From Cellulophaga phage phi19:3: a DNA stretch of 24,000 nucleotides. Within the stretch, counting starts at the first letter, position 1; every line of letters begins with the position of its first letter. This document shows positions 16,183 to 23,987 of the stretch, piece by piece. A program made the position numbers and the translations under genes. The notes below the pieces were generated by a model that saw only the letters and a program-made list of their open reading frames with translations, searched no databases and was not told the DNA's origin. The stretch lies in sequence record NC_021789.1; one strand, given 5' to 3'.

Positions 16183-16202
16183 CAAACTAAAAGGGGAAAG
16201 TT

Positions 16203-16607
16203 ATGAATGCAAACGAATTAAGAAAGGGTATTTATGTAAGAGACAGGAGTGGTAAAGAAATGTTAATAGATTTTATTGATATGCCTAACAATAAGGTAGG
16301 TATGAATATGTTAGTCATGGGTATTCCTGTTCACCCTTTAACAGAATTTATTGACTACTTACAACCAATACCATTAACAGAAGAGTGGTTACTTAAGTTT
16401 GGGTTTGTTAAAAATGATTGGACTGATGGAGGTACAATCATTTATTACGGTTGGCAAAATGGTGCTGTTTTACTAGAGACAGATAGTAATAGTAGTTTTT
16501 TTATTTTAGACGGAAAACACGAGGAATTTAATAATATAAAACACGTACACCAACTACAAAACCTATACTTTGCATTAACTGGAGAAGAACTAACAACTAA
16601 AAAATAA
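16203..16607 (+). CDS. hypothetical phage protein (134 aa)
   Basis: NANELRKGIYVRDRSGKE...VHPLTEFIDYLQPIPLTEEWLLKFGF resembles a common Bacteroidetes phage protein type. Confidence 0.75.
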   Translation: MNANELRKGIYVRDRSGKEMLIDFIDMPNNKVGMNMLVMGIPVHPLTEFIDYLQPIPLTEEWLLKFGFVKNDWTDGGTIIYYGWQNGAVLLETDSNSSFFILDGKHEEFNNIKHVHQLQNLYFALTGEELTTKK

Positions 16608-16617
16608 ATTTAAAATT

Positions 16618-17130
16618 ATGAAACTAAGTATTGAAACAAGTAAATTGCAAGGAGCATCACAATACAATTGGATAGCTAAGGTTGACAGCGTTAAATATGA
16701 CGCCTTTAAGATGAACTATCCAGGATCGGTTGCATACGGACAAACCGATGAACATGCATACAACAAGCTAAAAGCTATTTTAGAAAAAATGGGCCATACC
16801 GTTATAGAAGAAGAAGACGAAACTACTCCTAGAATAAAAACGGATGAATTAGGTTGGTCGGAGATAGTCAACTTAATAGGCAACGAAGACATTAGTCCGG
16901 CAGAAATACTAACTGAGATCGCGTTAGACAAACAGAGTGTTGAGAAGGACACATTGATTGCTGAGACAAAGCTACAGCGTTTAAAAGCTAAAGAGTTGCA
17001 ATTAAAAGCTTCGGCATTACATGTTATGAAGTATATAAAGAAGGAGTTTCCGTTGGTGGTAATTAACGACGGATTTATTGTTGTTGTAACTAGAGACGCA
17101 ATAACCATAGAAAGTAACGTAATAAAATAA
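16618..17130 (+). CDS. hypothetical protein (170 aa)
   Basis: ORF track; co-directional, tightly packed. Confidence 0.7.
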   Translation: MKLSIETSKLQGASQYNWIAKVDSVKYDAFKMNYPGSVAYGQTDEHAYNKLKAILEKMGHTVIEEEDETTPRIKTDELGWSEIVNLIGNEDISPAEILTEIALDKQSVEKDTLIAETKLQRLKAKELQLKASALHVMKYIKKEFPLVVINDGFIVVVTRDAITIESNVIK

Positions 17131-17133
17131 CCA

Positions 17134-17301
17134 ATGGGATATAAAGACGAGAACATCAAGCACAGAATGGGGTTTAATACTAGTAAACCTAAATACAAAT
17201 GCCCTTATTGCAAGGGTGGAATAGGCGTTAAGGCTTCTTTTGTAAGTTGTCCTACATGCAAGAAGGTAGTAGACGGAGACGATTTAATAACAAGTAAATA
17301 A
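17134..17301 (+). CDS. tiny double-CxxC Zn-ribbon protein (55 aa)
   Basis: Manual translation: MGYKDENIKHRMGFNTSKPKYKCPYCKGGIGVKASFVSCPTCKKVVDGDDLITSK. Confidence 0.7.
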   Translation: MGYKDENIKHRMGFNTSKPKYKCPYCKGGIGVKASFVSCPTCKKVVDGDDLITSK

Positions 17302-17309
17302 AGGTGATT

Positions 17310-17561
17310 ATGTTTCCAAAAGAAAAAGCGAAAAATCTTGTAGATAAAATGTACAAGGTAGCGACAAAAAACTATGCAGATAATGACTATGCTCAAATAT
17401 TAGCAAATAAAATGTGGTTTACAGAAGCTAAAGAGTCTGCTAAAATTTGTGTAAAAGAAATAATAACAGAATTAAATAGTATAGAGAGTAAAGATTTAAG
17501 TGATTTACAATTTTGGAATGAGGTTGATTACGAAATAGATTCACTTCAAAATATAGGTTAA
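17310..17561 (+). CDS. hypothetical protein
   Basis: ORF track starts at GTG 17304; ATG at 17310 (MFPKEKAKNLVDKMYK) is more likely. Confidence 0.7.
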   Translation: MFPKEKAKNLVDKMYKVATKNYADNDYAQILANKMWFTEAKESAKICVKEIITELNSIESKDLSDLQFWNEVDYEIDSLQNIG

Positions 17562-17771
17562 ATGAAACTACTATCTAACGGTAAAGTAATACTAGAGCCA
17601 CAAGAATACGCTAATGTATTAGAAACCATTAAAAGCCAAAAGAAGCTATTAGCAAACAATAACTTTTACATGGAGAAATGGACTAAAGAAATTAACTCTC
17701 TAAATAAACAATTAGAGATTAAAGAAACTGAATTAAACGAAAGCCATTGCGGTGGATGTGTTAAAAATTAA
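17562..17771 (+). CDS. hypothetical coiled-coil protein (69 aa)
   Basis: ORF track; C-terminal HCGGC. Confidence 0.6.
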   Translation: MKLLSNGKVILEPQEYANVLETIKSQKKLLANNNFYMEKWTKEINSLNKQLEIKETELNESHCGGCVKN

Positions 17772-17783
17772 AACAATTAAATT

Positions 17784-18143
17784 ATGAAAAAATTATTTTT
17801 ATTATTAGTATTATTATCTTCAACTATTAGTTTTTCTCAGGATAAAGCATATAATCTTACAGTTATTGAACATTTAGGTGTTGATGTGTATAATTTGCTT
17901 TATGAAGCTAAAATATATGTAGGTGAAAATGTTGCAATTATAGATTCTGATTTATTCGATAGCGGATCTTTGAATTTTATATTTAGTTGCGTCAAGCAAG
18001 ATGGAGATAAAAAGGTGTATAATGGATACATTTCTAAGGGGGATTTTAATAACTACCATTTTCATATGAGTATAACTAGCACATTAGTATATGTTAAAGT
18101 TAATGGACATGTATTCGCTTACGGTATAAAAAAGGATCAATAA
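17784..18143 (+). CDS. predicted secreted protein (119 aa)
   Basis: Signal peptide MKKLFLLLVLLSSTISFSQ. Confidence 0.7.
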   Translation: MKKLFLLLVLLSSTISFSQDKAYNLTVIEHLGVDVYNLLYEAKIYVGENVAIIDSDLFDSGSLNFIFSCVKQDGDKKVYNGYISKGDFNNYHFHMSITSTLVYVKVNGHVFAYGIKKDQ

Positions 18144-18209
18144 CATGAAAAACAAAATAAAAAGAATACTAGAGTGTCTTGAGCACTATCACAGATAAAA
18201 TATAAGGCC

Positions 18210-18554
18210 ATGAAGATACCAAAAAGCTTTAAGTTATTCGCTACTACAATAAACGTTGAGTTCGATAGTGAGACGTTAAGCTACAACTCTACATTGGGAG
18301 ACTGTAGTTTTTGCGACAACAAAATAAATCTTAGCGATAGCTATAAAGGAAATCCTATTCCAGAATCAACAATTGTTGACACGTTTTATCACGAGCGAAC
18401 ACATGTTATACTCGATGCAATGGGAAGACACGAGTTATCTCAGGACGAAGAATTTGTTGAGGTATTTTCTAGGCTCCTAAGACAAGCAGACGAGACTGCG
18501 GAATTTAAGAAAGAGGAATTTGATTTATCAAAATTAATAAAAGACAGAGAATAA
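18210..18554 (+). CDS. small HExxH metallopeptidase-like phage protein
   Basis: VDTFYHERTHVILDAMGRHELSQDEEFVEVFSRLL: HERTH zinc motif plus downstream acidic residues. Confidence 0.75.
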   Translation: MKIPKSFKLFATTINVEFDSETLSYNSTLGDCSFCDNKINLSDSYKGNPIPESTIVDTFYHERTHVILDAMGRHELSQDEEFVEVFSRLLRQADETAEFKKEEFDLSKLIKDRE

Positions 18555-18555
18555 C

Positions 18556-18864
18556 ATGAAAAATATAACACTAGCATTATTACTATTAACTTCATTTATT
18601 AGCATAGGACAAATTTATGAGGATGATGAAGGTTATATTTCTACTATTATAAATCCAATTAGTATAGATGTTTATGATCGTACTATGGAAAACATTGTTC
18701 CCCTTCCATACAATATAAACGACCATGTTTGCGATTGGAACATTAACAACGGAGTATACAATCCATGTAACGATAGTAACGAAATAGCTAAACTAAGAAT
18801 AAGAATTGAAGAACTTGAAGCAATGCTAAAACGAATAGAAGCTAAATTAGATAAAAGAGAGTAA
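18556..18864 (+). CDS. predicted secreted protein with C-terminal coiled coil
   Basis: Signal peptide MKNITLALLLLTSFISIGQ; IAKLRIRIEELEAMLKRIEAKLDKRE. Confidence 0.65.
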   Translation: MKNITLALLLLTSFISIGQIYEDDEGYISTIINPISIDVYDRTMENIVPLPYNINDHVCDWNINNGVYNPCNDSNEIAKLRIRIEELEAMLKRIEAKLDKRE

Positions 18865-18870
18865 CCCTTA

Positions 18871-19341
18871 ATGGACGGAAGAAAACTGCTTGCGGAGATT
18901 GATGCGTACGCTTCCAAGTGTTGGAGGCGTATCAATACCCATTACGGTTATTTTACGTACAGCTTTAGTTCCTACAGGCATAAGGTTATGATTGACGATC
19001 TTAAAATGAAAGAGTTAATCAATGACTGCGAAGAAGGAAAAATTAGTTACCAGGACATTGTATTTTTTATCAAAATAGTAACCATGCTAAAATTTAGCAG
19101 AGAATTTCACGAAGCTGCAGTGGTCCGGATAACCAAAGAAGACATGAAGGGATTCTGTAATAACAACTCCTACAAGTCTAGTAAAGAAAAACTTATAGAG
19201 TATAAGCTATTGATACCTACCATTAGCCGGAACCATTTCATAATCAACCCAAGGTATATCAATAAGTTCTACAAAACTAAGGTTGATATGTCGCCAGAGG
19301 ACTTCAAAGAGTATAAGGAAAAACGATTGAATAAAGAGTAA
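18871..19341 (+). CDS. possible winged-helix / RepL-like replication protein
   Basis: KISYQDIVFFIKIVTMLKF...LLIPTISRNHFIINPRYINKFYK resembles a C-terminal wHTH of Rep-like proteins; assigned by eye only. Confidence 0.45.
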   Translation: MDGRKLLAEIDAYASKCWRRINTHYGYFTYSFSSYRHKVMIDDLKMKELINDCEEGKISYQDIVFFIKIVTMLKFSREFHEAAVVRITKEDMKGFCNNNSYKSSKEKLIEYKLLIPTISRNHFIINPRYINKFYKTKVDMSPEDFKEYKEKRLNKE

Positions 19342-19406
19342 CTATAGAATTTTCAAATAGTTACTCTTTTTTTTGTTCCAAATCCCGTATAAACCACTTT
19401 TTTGGT

Positions 19407-19414
19407 TATATTTG
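19407..19414 (+). promoter_or_regulatory. candidate -7 element TATATTTG
   Basis: TAnnTTTG about 35 nt upstream of the 19449 start, in a 107-nt intergenic gap. Confidence 0.45.
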
Positions 19415-19448
19415 CTTTATACTTATTACAAATTAAACGGGAAACAGT

Positions 19449-19706
19449 ATGAATCACGAATTAAAAGTTCAACAAGTAGTATTAAGCGGAGACGATTACT
19501 TGAATCTACACAGAACTATAACGGCATTAGAAAAACAGAATGCAGATCAGATTAAGATTATCAATAATTTGCAAGACCTACACATTAAAATGCGCGCGAA
19601 TGGAATAGGTATTGATGATAGTGCGTATGGAGCAAAAAAAATAGTTGTCTTAAACCAATTTAACGATGAAGCTACTCTTAGTATTCGCGTTCAATCTAGA
19701 GATTAA
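19449..19706 (+). CDS. hypothetical protein (85 aa)
   Basis: ORF track. Confidence 0.65.
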   Translation: MNHELKVQQVVLSGDDYLNLHRTITALEKQNADQIKIINNLQDLHIKMRANGIGIDDSAYGAKKIVVLNQFNDEATLSIRVQSRD

Positions 19707-19724
19707 TCACAAACAATAAATAAA

Positions 19725-20009
19725 ATGGCAAGATCAAAAAAATCGACTCCGGCAAGCGGAGAGGAATTAGACTTAACAACAAGTGCTAAGGCTAAAGAAG
19801 AAGTTACTCCAACCAAAGAGATTGAGGTAAAGGAACCAGAAACAGTAGAAGCTCCCAAAGAAGAGGTTGTAGCTAAACCTGCAAAGATCGAATGGGACAT
19901 TAAGAAGTTAGCTACTCAGAAAACAATAACAGTTATTACAAACTATATCAACAAAGGAGCAGTAGACTCTACGGAGTTAGAAGCGTTGTTAGATAGCTGT
20001 GTAAAGTAA
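19725..20009 (+). CDS. hypothetical protein with Lys/Glu/Pro-rich linker (94 aa)
   Basis: ORF track; followed by a terminator-like AAGACCTCTTATAAAACTGTAGGAGGTCTTTTT. Confidence 0.7.
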   Translation: MARSKKSTPASGEELDLTTSAKAKEEVTPTKEIEVKEPETVEAPKEEVVAKPAKIEWDIKKLATQKTITVITNYINKGAVDSTELEALLDSCVK

Positions 20010-20013
20010 GAAT

Positions 20014-20050
20014 TAAAAGACCTCTTATAAAACTGTAGGAGGTCTTTTTA
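20014..20050 (+). terminator. intrinsic terminator
   Basis: AAAAGACCTC-TTATAAAACTGTAG-GAGGTCTTTT: strong stem followed by T-run. Confidence 0.85.
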
Positions 20051-20071
20051 AAATTAATAAATCGGGAAAAG

Positions 20072-20428
20072 ATGACAAATAGATTTAAAGAGGCTAATTC
20101 AAGAGTTATACTGTGGGCGGCAGTTAAAGGAATTTTAGCTAAGGCAACTCCTTTAACTCAACACTCTAAAACAGAAGAAGAGGTTGCGGAAACCAGAGAA
20201 GCTTTATTTGCTCAAGCAAATGGACTAGAGAATTACACAAACTCTAAAGGCAGAAAAGTTAATACTAAAGAAGAAATTAAAGACGGTATAGGAGACGAAT
20301 TAGTAACCATCCTTATACAATGTGGACTTCAGGATTTAGACCCATTAGATTGTCTAGAATCGGCTTTAGATATAATCGAAAATCGTACAGGTAGAATGGT
20401 TAATGGTCAATTCGTTAAAGATGAATAA
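20072..20428 (+). CDS. hypothetical protein (118 aa)
   Basis: ORF track. Confidence 0.7.
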   Translation: MTNRFKEANSRVILWAAVKGILAKATPLTQHSKTEEEVAETREALFAQANGLENYTNSKGRKVNTKEEIKDGIGDELVTILIQCGLQDLDPLDCLESALDIIENRTGRMVNGQFVKDE

Positions 20429-20723
20429 ATCCAAAGAAAACTTTACCACTATCATGTCATCTTTGCAGCAACAGCACGACTCGGATATTCAGTTTGCAAA
20501 GGATGCAAGTATACTGCTTAAATCAGAAGTTAATCCTTACAATAACTCACTACTTGTAAAACTATTGGTAGACGTTATGGCTTCTTGGTTTGGCGCAGAA
20601 GATTCTAAAGACCGCATAAACCACTTCATGTACGGAATGGATTTTGGAAGATATAAAGAAAAAGAGGTCGTATCAATAAATGACCTATGGGATTCACTAG
20701 TAAAAAACAGCCAAAATGAATAA
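20403..20723 (+). CDS. hypothetical protein (106 aa)
   Basis: ORF track; overlaps the neighbour by 26 nt as annotated, so a later start is likely. Confidence 0.65.
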   Translation: MVNSLKMNKSKENFTTIMSSLQQQHDSDIQFAKDASILLKSEVNPYNNSLLVKLLVDVMASWFGAEDSKDRINHFMYGMDFGRYKEKEVVSINDLWDSLVKNSQNE

Positions 20724-20955
20724 GATAGAATGGATTCCTGTAAATAGCTCACAGATTAAAGAGATATGCCACGACGGGGACTTAACACTTTACATTAAGT
20801 TTAAAAGAAAAGATACGGTTTATTCATACTGGCCGATAGAAAATATACAGTTCATTGAGTTCAAGGATGCGGAAAGCATTGGAAGCTATTTCCATCAAAA
20901 CTTAAAAATGAACAAGACTCTTGTTATCACCAACGAGAGTAAGAAAAATACGTAG
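20716..20955 (+). CDS. KTSC domain protein
   Basis: IEWIPVNSSQIKEICHDGDLTLYIKFKRKDTVYSYWPIENIQFIEFKDAESIGSYFHQNL. Confidence 0.8.
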   Translation: MNKIEWIPVNSSQIKEICHDGDLTLYIKFKRKDTVYSYWPIENIQFIEFKDAESIGSYFHQNLKMNKTLVITNESKKNT

Positions 20956-21070
20956 CCTAATTGGAGATTTAAAATTTACCTGTCTGTAGATTGGATTGTC
21001 GGTATGGTTGTTTCATAAGTTCGGAGCTAATTAGGTGATATATTCATAAACTCCTACAAATATCGATTTG

Positions 21071-21103
21071 ACTGGCTTACCAGTGAAAAGTAACTGGTTT
21101 TTT
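21071..21103 (+). promoter_or_regulatory. attenuator-like element
   Basis: ACTGG(71-75)-CTTA-CCAGT(80-84)-gaaaagta-ACTGG(93-97)-TTTTTT: mutually exclusive hairpins, second followed by T6. Confidence 0.55.
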
Positions 21104-21133
21104 AATTTCAAACAACATTAAAACAAACATAAA

Positions 21134-21280
21134 ATGAAAAACAGAGAACCTTGGAACTTTTGTGAAACACCAAAAGAAAAATGCACAATGAATTACTGTG
21201 ACGAAAATGGATGCCAAAACCGTAAAAGAAACTGCGCAAAAGTTAAAGACCTTATAGAAGATGTTAACTTGATAAAATAA
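21134..21280 (+). CDS. Cys-rich small protein (48 aa)
   Basis: Manual translation: MKNREPWNFCETPKEKCTMNYCDENGCQNRKRNCAKVKDLIEDVNLIK. Confidence 0.6.
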   Translation: MKNREPWNFCETPKEKCTMNYCDENGCQNRKRNCAKVKDLIEDVNLIK

Positions 21281-21284
21281 ACAA

Positions 21285-21389
21285 ATGAATTGTACATATT
21301 GCGATAAGCCAATACCACCTAACCAAGAAAGATACTTAGGTGAAAGTGAATTGGCATTTTGCGAAGAGTGCTTTAAGATAATAAATTAA
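21285..21389 (+). CDS. 34-aa CxxC/CxxC zinc-knuckle microprotein
   Basis: Manual translation: MNCTYCDKPIPPNQERYLGESELAFCEECFKIIN. Confidence 0.6.
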   Translation: MNCTYCDKPIPPNQERYLGESELAFCEECFKIIN

Positions 21390-21401
21390 ACTAAGGGAAA
21401 A

Positions 21402-21983
21402 ATGCAAAAAGAATTTACAACAGAACAATTATTGGATCAACACATCAAGAATAAAAACGGTGTAATTTTCAATGTGTTCTTACACGAGACTAGAAACGAT
21501 ATTTGCTATTTAAGAAGAGCTAATAAATACACTAGGAAAAACATAAGAGAAATTAAGCAAGGAATTGTTGACGGTACCTGGATTAGAATCAATGAACACG
21601 AATTAAAAAAGTTCATGGAAGAGGATAACGATAAAATGATTAGCCTTACTAGAAAAATGGTAAAGAGAACTATAATTACTCAACTTCTATTAGAGGGAGA
21701 CGACGAGCTTAAAGTGGATTACGAAGGCGATAAGTACTTTAAGAGCACACTAGAGAAGAGTAATCGAGAATGTGAGCGCATAGCATCAAGACAATTCGAT
21801 AAGGTGTATGACGCGGATAATGTGACTTCCCAAAACCTAATGAATGCCGTTGACCGAGTTACAACAAAACTAGCAAGCCTAGATATTTCAGATTACCCAT
21901 TCTTTGAAAACTTAATTGACGATTATTTCGCCAATAGAGAAGAGCACTTAAAAAGAGAAACATTTTTTACTAAAGTAGATTAA
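21402..21983 (+). CDS. hypothetical phage protein (193 aa)
   Basis: ORF track; highly charged. Confidence 0.8.
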   Translation: MQKEFTTEQLLDQHIKNKNGVIFNVFLHETRNDICYLRRANKYTRKNIREIKQGIVDGTWIRINEHELKKFMEEDNDKMISLTRKMVKRTIITQLLLEGDDELKVDYEGDKYFKSTLEKSNRECERIASRQFDKVYDADNVTSQNLMNAVDRVTTKLASLDISDYPFFENLIDDYFANREEHLKRETFFTKVD

Positions 21984-21985
21984 TT

Positions 21986-22342
21986 ATGAGAGAGCAAGAA
22001 AAATTATCCGTAAAACATTATTTTCCTAAATTTGGTATCACTAAAAAAAATACAAAAGAAGGAATAAGAGTTGAATTAACAACTAATGTAAGATTTTTAA
22101 GAGAAGGAATTTGGAGGGAATTAGTCGTAAATGAAGACTATATAGTGCCTTTTAAAGAAGGTGATTGTTTAGTAGAATCTATACATGGATTAATAATGAG
22201 ATTAATGGATAGATGTGAACTAATAAAGATGTACACTAAGGTTGATAGGGACGATTTATATGTTTCAGAAACACAAGTATCAGAAGAAGAGAGGTTAAAT
22301 ATTTCTCTATTGTCTGATCGATTTAATGTTTTTACTTTATAA
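21986..22342 (+). CDS. hypothetical protein (118 aa)
   Basis: ORF track; tight spacing. Confidence 0.75.
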   Translation: MREQEKLSVKHYFPKFGITKKNTKEGIRVELTTNVRFLREGIWRELVVNEDYIVPFKEGDCLVESIHGLIMRLMDRCELIKMYTKVDRDDLYVSETQVSEEERLNISLLSDRFNVFTL

Positions 22343-22355
22343 AAAAATTAACAAC

Positions 22356-22859
22356 ATGAAAATACTTGCGATTGATCCAGGAACATTAAAAAGCGGATGG
22401 GTTTTATACGATACTAAAACCCACGAGATACTAGACAAAGGAGTTACAGATAACTTTGGATTAAAGTTGTGGATCAAAAGCAATGTAGGTGAGAATACTT
22501 TTGATGCTACTGCAGTAGAAATGATTGCCTCGTACGGAATGGCGGTGGGCCGAGAGGTTTTTGAAACGTGTTTGTATATCGGTCAAATAATGCAATTGAT
22601 GGATGACAATCATATTCCTTGTGATTTGGTATTTAGAAGAGACGTTAAGCAGGCTATATGCAACAACGGAAAAGCCAAGGATCCACAAATACGACAAGCC
22701 TTAATAGACCAGTTCCCTAAAACTGGTGGAGGCGCAAAACCACAAATAGGAAACAAGAAGCAGCCTGGAAGACTATACGGAGTTACTTCACATATTTGGG
22801 CAGCACTAGGAGTAGCAATCACATTTGCAAAGAAAAAAACAAATACAAACCAGACATAG
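22356..22859 (+). CDS. RuvC-like Holliday junction resolvase
   Basis: MKILAIDPGTLKSGWVLYD; TAVEMIASYGMAVGREVFETCLYIGQIMQ; DVKQAICNNGKAKDPQIRQALIDQF. Start set at ATG 22356 rather than the track's 22326. Confidence 0.85.
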   Translation: MKILAIDPGTLKSGWVLYDTKTHEILDKGVTDNFGLKLWIKSNVGENTFDATAVEMIASYGMAVGREVFETCLYIGQIMQLMDDNHIPCDLVFRRDVKQAICNNGKAKDPQIRQALIDQFPKTGGGAKPQIGNKKQPGRLYGVTSHIWAALGVAITFAKKKTNTNQT

Positions 22860-22897
22860 ATACAGATATGTCACGAACATTTTTAAATTAAATAGAT

Positions 22898-23347
22898 ATG
22901 AATTACTTCCTAGATACAGAGTTCCTTGAGGGGCCACAAAAGAAAAGAATATTTGGAATACCTTATGGAGAAACACCAAATACTATAGACTTAATTTCTA
23001 TTGGAATTGTTTCAGAGGACGGAAGAGAATATTACGCTATATCCAAAGACTTCAACCTCAAAGAAGCTTGGAACAGGTATCAGTTAAAAGATTTGCGAGG
23101 ACTAAACTTTTCTTACGATATTTTTGGAGTTCCTAATGGTGTTTATAAGTATAAAAAAGAATACTGGATTAGAGAAAATGTGCTTAGACCTATCTACTAT
23201 GAAATGATAGGAAAAGATATTTCATTCCATGATTATGATAAATATTTCACATATAAAAGATTTAAAAAACTTCTTGAAAGTCACGGAAAGACCAATAAAC
23301 AAATATCGGAAGAAGTTAAGGATTTTATTTCTCAAAAAAATTATTAA
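22898..23347 (+). CDS. 3'-5' exoribonuclease (DEDD, Rv2179c/DUF5051-like), N-terminal part
   Basis: MNYFLDTEFLEGP...NTIDLISIGIVSEDGREYYAISKDFNLKEAW; motif I. Ends at TAA 23345. Confidence 0.85.
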   Translation: MNYFLDTEFLEGPQKKRIFGIPYGETPNTIDLISIGIVSEDGREYYAISKDFNLKEAWNRYQLKDLRGLNFSYDIFGVPNGVYKYKKEYWIRENVLRPIYYEMIGKDISFHDYDKYFTYKRFKKLLESHGKTNKQISEEVKDFISQKNY

Positions 23348-23403
23348 ACACTACTTCTGATGATTTTGCTACTCATGAATTAAAATCAACTTATGAAGGA
23401 AGA

Positions 23404-23736
23404 ATGAAAGTTGTTGAAAATAGTTTTGGATTGCCAGGATTCTACGCATACTACGCTGATTATGATTGGGTGGTTTTCTGTTGGTTATTTGGAAATATGA
23501 TTGACTTGCCAAAAGGATTTCCGATGTATTGCAATGACCTGAAGCAATGTTTAGATGAATATTGTGATTCAGTAAACGTTGTAGCTAAAACAATCCCTGG
23601 ATGTCCTTTAGTAACAGCTAAGTCAGTTAAAGAAAATAATCCAAAATTTCCAAAACAAGACAAATCAAAACAGCACAACGCAATTGAAGATGCAAGATGG
23701 AATAAAGAACTTTTTAACTTTTTGAATAAGATATGA
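23404..23736 (+). CDS. 3'-5' exoribonuclease, C-terminal part in the -1 frame (open from 23320)
   Basis: YYADYDWVVFCWLFGNMIDLPKGFPMYCNDLKQ and KQHNAIEDARWNKELFNFL: motifs II and III. Confidence 0.85.
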   Translation: MKVVENSFGLPGFYAYYADYDWVVFCWLFGNMIDLPKGFPMYCNDLKQCLDEYCDSVNVVAKTIPGCPLVTAKSVKENNPKFPKQDKSKQHNAIEDARWNKELFNFLNKI

Positions 23737-23987
23737 ATCCAAAACCAATTAAAAAACAAATATTTGCTGAGATAGTAGATAACGAGACTACACAATCTGG
23801 AATAATCATTGTTGGCGAATCTTCTGTTAAAAGAAATATTGCCAAGGTTATAGCTATCGGATCGCAAGTAGAAAATGTGAAAGTTGGTGATACTATCGAC
23901 TACAACAAATTTGAAGCTACAGAATACACACACGAAGGTAAAAAGTGTATCTTTGTTAAAGAAGTAGGAACGCTATTTATACACTAA
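23733..23987 (+). CDS. GroES-like co-chaperonin
   Basis: MNPKPIKKQIFAEIVDNETTQSGIIIVGESSVKRNIAKVIAIGSQVENVKVGDTIDYNKFEATEYTHEGKKCIFVKEVGTLFI. Confidence 0.85.
   Translation: MNPKPIKKQIFAEIVDNETTQSGIIIVGESSVKRNIAKVIAIGSQVENVKVGDTIDYNKFEATEYTHEGKKCIFVKEVGTLFIH

Noticed and set aside
15889-17396. Minus-strand ORFs 15889-16185, 16716-17198, 17205-17396
   Set aside because: Antisense to a compact plus-strand operon with better candidates.
18672-20752. ORFs 18672-18935 (-), 19373-19555 (+), 19703-19900 (-), 20537-20752 (-)
   Set aside because: Overlap stronger plus-strand genes and show antisense or random composition.
23348-23354. CTGATGA near the exonuclease frameshift as a ribozyme core
   Set aside because: No stem II or GAAA partner; it lies in the coding sequence of the -1 frame (TSDD).
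22461-23933. Minus-strand ORFs 22461-22697, 22610-22822, 23460-23933
   Set aside because: Antisense to RuvC-like, exonuclease and GroES-like genes, all supported by motifs.
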